Program-made: the position numbers and the translations under genes | Notes under the pieces: generated by a model | The model's database searches: none | Told to the model about the DNA's origin: nothing | The model's input: only the letters and a program-made list of their open reading frames with translations | NCBI GenBank assembly: GCA_025594325.1 | Contig: JANHCV010000010.1 | Coordinates: 1 to 64,000, forward strand | Length of the DNA: 64,000 nucleotides | Source of the DNA: Blastocladiella emersonii ATCC 22665 | Lineage: Eukaryota > Fungi > Blastocladiomycota | Reading direction: 5' to 3' | Shown: piece by piece, positions 59,575 through 64,000 of the stretch | Position numbering within the stretch: position 1 is the first letter of the stretch | Layout of the letters: each line of letters begins with the position of its first letter

Positions 59575-60825
59575 TTACTTGTACTCAAACACAACGTGGG
59601 GAGGCGCGCGCAGCTTCACGCCGGCGCCCTGCACCCGCACGGGCCGCGGTCTCGCGGCTTCGAGGGCCTGAATCTCAACGGGCGTGAGCGGGGAGAAATC
59701 GGACGCAGTGTCAGCGGTCGTCGCGCTTATGACCGAGGCGGCCGCGCCGAGGAGCGAGGTCGCCTCCGGAGCATGGTCAGCGCGGTGGGCGGATGCGTAA
59801 TCGGGGATGAAGGACGAGATTTCGGCGGCGAGTGCTGCCGCTTCCTCCTCGTCCTGTACAGCGCCGGGATCCGAGACGACGACTGCCACTTTGTCGATGG
59901 ATGGTGCTGCCACGGAGTGAGAGTCGGACGACGACGAGTCGCTCGAGTGGTCAGGAGAAGCACCCTCGTCCTCGTTGTCGCGCGACCCGAGACTGGCATA
60001 GAAGCGCTCGAACGCGGTCATGTCGGCAGGGGCGGGCGAGTTCGAGGGGAAGCAGTCATCCAGCGGCGACAACAGGCCCACGGGAAGGTGAATCACGGCC
60101 AGCGGCGTGGCCGGCGGCGCCTCGGCCGCAGGGGGAGCAGGCGATGCGGAAGAATTGGCCCGAAGCAGCGGCGAGTCGTTGGCGAGGTTCTCGTCCACGC
60201 GAGAGGAGCGAGCAGAATCGACGCGGGCATTCGGCGCCGACTGGACCTGGCGTACGGCGGTATCCTTTGGAGAAGGGGCGCGTTGTGGAACAGGTTCGGG
60301 AAGCGTAGCCGGTGCAGCAGCGGAACGCTGTTGAAAACGTGGGTGAAGCATCGGCGTAAGCGCAGGCTCGGGGTAATACTGGACCGTGGCGGCAGTTTTG
60401 CTCGCGGGGAACGCAGGAGCGCCGTGCGCCAAGTGCGCTCCTACGTGCTGCGACACGGGTGGTTGCGCGGGAGTGTGCTGAGCGATGACGACAACATTTG
60501 GGTTGCGAGCGATTCCAGCATGTAGTGGGAGATTGGACGGTCGCGGGAACGGAACCGGCGCTGGTCTTGGCTGTGCGGTGTAAGGGGCCGACGTGGGTGT
60601 GTTGTTGGCCGCCACTGGTGCCGATCGCGTCGCAGGGAGTAAGCGAACATCGTCCGGTGTAGCTTTTGCGCGGCGCTTGCGGCAAGGACACCCGGTAAAC
60701 ATGGCGACCGCGGCGACCAAGGCTACGGCAACCACAGCGGCACCAAGGAGGACGGGGATCGAGGCCAGGTGTGCGGGAAGCGGCGCAACCCCGCCATCGG
60801 GTTGAGGAGACGCGGACGCGGTCAT
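59575..60825 (-). CDS. Receptor-like protein C: TM plus cytoplasmic tail, no hevein ectodomain seen
   Basis: Probable ATG at 60825 (MTASASPQ). TM IPVLLGAAVVAVALVAAVAMF then CPCRKRR. Shares PVxLLSPLDD...FxxFYxSL with paralogue B and the terminal RPRPV...HVVFEYK* motif. Confidence 0.75.
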   Translation of the reverse strand: MTASASPQPDGGVAPLPAHLASIPVLLGAAVVAVALVAAVAMFTGCPCRKRRAKATPDDVRLLPATRSAPVAANNTPTSAPYTAQPRPAPVPFPRPSNLPLHAGIARNPNVVVIAQHTPAQPPVSQHVGAHLAHGAPAFPASKTAATVQYYPEPALTPMLHPRFQQRSAAAPATLPEPVPQRAPSPKDTAVRQVQSAPNARVDSARSSRVDENLANDSPLLRANSSASPAPPAAEAPPATPLAVIHLPVGLLSPLDDCFPSNSPAPADMTAFERFYASLGSRDNEDEGASPDHSSDSSSSDSHSVAAPSIDKVAVVVSDPGAVQDEEEAAALAAEISSFIPDYASAHRADHAPEATSLLGAAASVISATTADTASDFSPLTPVEIQALEAARPRPVRVQGAGVKLRAPPHVVFEYK

Positions 60826-61230
60826 GGCGAGGGCAGGGGGTTCCGTCCGCGAAGAAGGAGGCGGAGATGCGTGTTGGTAGGCGTAGAGCAAAAAGCAGAT
60901 GATGCGAGGCGACAGAAGAGTTTGTTCTGCCGGTGCGAACAGTATGTTGGTCGGCCCAAGGAGGACTTTCACGTCGGCGGAAGCAGGTCGCTCGAGTCAA
61001 GAACGGATCCGGGAGCAGTTGCAGCAAGTAGGGAGCTCAATGCATTCGTTTTCGTGGCAGGAGGGGATGTGGTCGGGGAGCGGGCGGCTGCCCGCCGTGA
61101 GAGCGACCTGACCTCGCGCGACCTTCCCCGGATTCCTCGCCGGCGCTGCGCCACCACGCTTTCTACCTTTCCATCACGATCTATATCATTCTAGGGTCAC
61201 AAAAAGATCTCGGCGCGCAGGGCGAACTCA

Positions 61231-62998
61231 TTACGCCTCGCGCCGGACGGCGGGCGTGGCCAGCGGGAGGTACAACTCGCCGTCGTCCATGGCGTCCGAC
61301 CCGTCAAAACCGACGGCGGGAACGGGCCCGGCCGCCCCTTGATACTCGAACACGACGTGGACAGGCGGCCGCATCGTCTTGCCGACGCCCTGCACCGACA
61401 CGGGCCGCGGCTTGGCGGCGGTCACGTCCTGGAGCGCGATCGGCGAGTGCGGCGGCGAGGAGGGGCCGCTGGCAGCGTAGTACGGCACCGCGAGCGAGCC
61501 GGCGCTCATGGGACGAGCAGCGTGCGTGTCAGCGGCGGTCAGGTCGAGGTCCGCCTCTGCGGGACTCGGGAACCGTTGCTCCTCGAACGCCGTTGTGGTG
61601 AGCACGTCGAGCTGCGCAAACTGCAGGGGAGGAGTTGCAGCGACGGGGGCGAGCGTGAACGGCGGCTCGGTGCGCTGGGGCTCGGACGCGACCTGGTAGC
61701 CGACGCCCGCGTTGAGGTCGGGGTACACGGGACGGTGGACCGGGCCGCCACTGATCTCGCGTGTGTGCTGGTCGAGTCCCGGCGAGGCGAGCGGGACCGC
61801 GCCGTAACCGTCAGCCGCTGCCGGCGGGGGAACCAGCTCGGCCGTGTACCGGTTAAAGCGGCCGTAGGCGCCCGACGCGGCCGGCGTGGTTGAAGAGGCC
61901 GGTGTGGTCGAGGCGGCGACGACCTGATCCGCGGCGACCGACGAACCAGTCGTGAGCCGGCTCGCGCGCTTGTTCGCACGGGACGACGCAGCAGCGCCGG
62001 CCGACGAGGTAGGGGACGGGATGCGGTCGAGCGAGTGCTCGGCGGCGTAACGGCTGAAGCGGTGGTTTGCCGCTGCCGAGGAGCCAGCGTCCGAGGTCGA
62101 GACCGTCGGCGTCGGCGGCGGCGAGCTGAGCAGCTGGCTGCCGGACTGGGACGGCGGCGCGCCGCTCGGGCGGAGGGGCTGCGGCGTCTTCGGGCGGCTG
62201 CTGCCGCGGCTACGGCTACGGCGGCGGATGAAGACGGCAGCGGCCACGACGGCGACGGCAGCGAGCGCGGCGATCCCTAGGTACATGATGAGCGACGACG
62301 ACGAGGACCCGGTGCGGTTTCCGGATGAGTTGGCGGTGGACGAGCCCGAGGTGGAGCCCGTGGCCGACGGCGCGACGCTCCCACCAGCGGACGGCGAGGT
62401 ACCAGCCGAGCCGGCACCCGCTGAAGAGCCAGAGCCCGAGGCGCCCGAGCCTGTCGCAGCGATACCAGAACCAGCGCTGCCGTTCCCGTTGCCGTTCGTC
62501 GAGCTGCCACCGTTGGAGCCCGTACTGCCGCCATTGTTGTTGTTGTTGTTGGTGCTACCTCCGTTGCCGCCAGTGGTGGTGCCGGTGCCCGTGCGAGCGG
62601 GCGGCCGCACGCCGTCGGTCCAGGGGAACACGGCCCCGCCGAGGGCCGAGCACTTGCCGGCGGCGGTCCACCCGCGCCAGTCGCCCGACGGTTTGTTGCC
62701 GCAGTAGACGGCCGTGGCTTCGGCCTTGGTGACGTTCTTGCCGCCCTCGGTGTAGGTGCCGTCCGGGTTGGCGATGGGCCCGCAGAAGCCAAAGTTGCTG
62801 CAGCACTACTCGGTTCGCGGCTGTCAGCGGCCTGTCATGGTACGGTACGCCGCTGGCCCATGTACCTGGTCAAGGAGACAGGTGTTGGCAGCCGACTGCG
62901 GCCCGCAGACGGGCCGGTTCTGGGCGTCGCGGAACAGCGTCGTGGCGGGCTCCGGCAGCCCGTACTGGTCGCACTGTTTGTCGGCGAAGGCGGACATA
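61231..62998 (-). CDS. Receptor-like protein D: hevein-like ectodomain, G/S/N-rich stalk, TM helix, cytoplasmic tail
   Basis: Exon 1 MSAFADKQCDQYGLPEP...VCGPQSAANTCLLDQ, intron 62806-62865, exon 2 CCSNFGFCG...YC...DWRGWTAAGKC. TM IMYLGIAALAAVAVVAAAVFI then RRRSR. Tail contains KPRPVSVQGVGKTMRPPVHVVFEY. Confidence 0.85.
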
Positions 62999-63181
62999 TT
63001 GCATGCAGTGGCTACGTGAGCAGATCTCGCAGGGATCACTTTTGCTCGAGCCGACAGGGAGAGAGGAAGCGGTCGAGAAGTCCCGCCACATTGCCGCCGT
63101 GGCTCAGGGACCCCCGCGCCCCGAATCCAGTGTCATCAAACACGGTCTATTTTTGCGGGTATACACGACCGTGGGCGTCTG

Positions 63182-64000
63182 TCAGGGTCTGCGCTGGTCC
63201 AGCGTGAGGGCAGGGAGGTACACCTCGCGGTCTTCGGTGGTCGCCGCGGCTGGACCCTCGCGGGCGGTGGCGGCGGCGGGACCGCGGCCGGGACCCGGCA
63301 TGCCCGGCGACGTCGGCAGCTCGAGCTCGTACTCGGACGTCTCGGGTGCCGGCAGCCCGGGCGCGTGGGCAGCGGGCAAAGGCGTCGAGGCGTGGTACTC
63401 GAAGACAACGTGGACCGGTGCGCGCATGGCGCGGCCGCCGCCCTGGACCGTGACGGGCCGCGGACGAGCAGCTGCAGCGGCCTGTCCGGCGGCAGAGGGA
63501 GGCTCGAACAGCACGGGATCGGCGACCGAGACGGGTATGGAGCTGACGGGGGTGCGGTCGGGAGCGTCCAAGGGCGGCGGGACACCAAAGGGAACCGCAG
63601 GCGGGACGCCGTCGGACCGGCTCGCGCTGCTGTTGGCCGAGGTGTGGCCGCTGAGGTGGTACGGGTCAAACGACGGCACCATGGGACCGGCAATCGACGA
63701 GGGGACGGGCGAGCGCGGCGTGTGCATGTCTGCGGAGGGCGGGTGGTGCACGTCGAGCGGCATGAGCGCGACGGCCGCCGACGCGAGGCCGGCCGAGGAG
63801 CGACGCGAGCGCGAGTTCCGCGGGTCAGCGAGCAGCGCGTCGGGCAGGGCGGATGGGTCCGAGGGCCGGCGCGGGTGGTTGAGCGCGTCGTGCGGCTCGT
63901 TCGAGTAGGGCGGGGCGACTGGCGAGTGCGTCGTGATGGCGTCCGGGTCCGCGGTTGCGAGCGTGGTCGAGGACGCGAGAAGCCGGCTGTCGGGCCGCGA
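63182..64000 (-). CDS. Receptor-like protein E, C-terminal part only (5' end lies outside the window)
   Basis: Frame is open from 64000 to the stop at 63182. Contains ARPRPVTVQGGGRAMRAPVHVVFEY. Confidence 0.75.
   Translation of the reverse strand, partial: SRPDSRLLASSTTLATADPDAITTHSPVAPPYSNEPHDALNHPRRPSDPSALPDALLADPRNSRSRRSSAGLASAAVALMPLDVHHPPSADMHTPRSPVPSSIAGPMVPSFDPYHLSGHTSANSSASRSDGVPPAVPFGVPPPLDAPDRTPVSSIPVSVADPVLFEPPSAAGQAAAAARPRPVTVQGGGRAMRAPVHVVFEYHASTPLPAAHAPGLPAPETSEYELELPTSPGMPGPGRGPAAATAREGPAAATTEDREVYLPALTLDQRRP

Overview
Left end of a eukaryotic chromosome from a very GC-rich organism, most likely an early-diverging fungus (inference: short GT-AG introns starting GTACG/GTGCG with CTGAC-type branch sites, fungal DEF1 and NST1 orthologues, plus a CABLES-like cyclin and hevein-like domains). 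Layout: (1) 1-889, a telomere of non-canonical (CCTAAA)n = (TTTAGG)n. (2) About 1.7-8.5 kb, a decayed LINE (RT, RNase H, Cys motif; no endonuclease seen) lying between what look like fragments of a midasin (MDN1/REA1) gene. (3) About 8.5-14 kb, gene-poor with small repeats. (4) 14-54 kb, a gene-dense core: C2H2 transcription factor, an intronless SAM-methyltransferase/D-Ala-D-Ala-ligase-like ATP-grasp fusion, DEF1, LYAR-like, GCH1, PUS4, subtilisin, CEF1, CABLES-like, NST1, an orphan, NOP14, PUP3 and MDM35. A 1651-bp inverted duplication brackets a five-gene block, and NOP14 has an internal tandem duplication. (5) From 54 kb to the window end, a tandem array of at least five same-strand receptor-like genes. 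Three have a variant hevein/CBM18 ectodomain, four have a visible single TM helix, and the cytoplasmic tails end either in an SH3 domain or in a shared PRPVxVxGxGxxxRxPxHVxFEY motif. One member has a TGA exactly at a conserved Cys, inside an 8-nt micro-exon. The best candidates for undescribed biology are the receptor-like array and the methyltransferase-ATP-grasp fusion. All homology calls come from motif recognition by eye; no searches were run.
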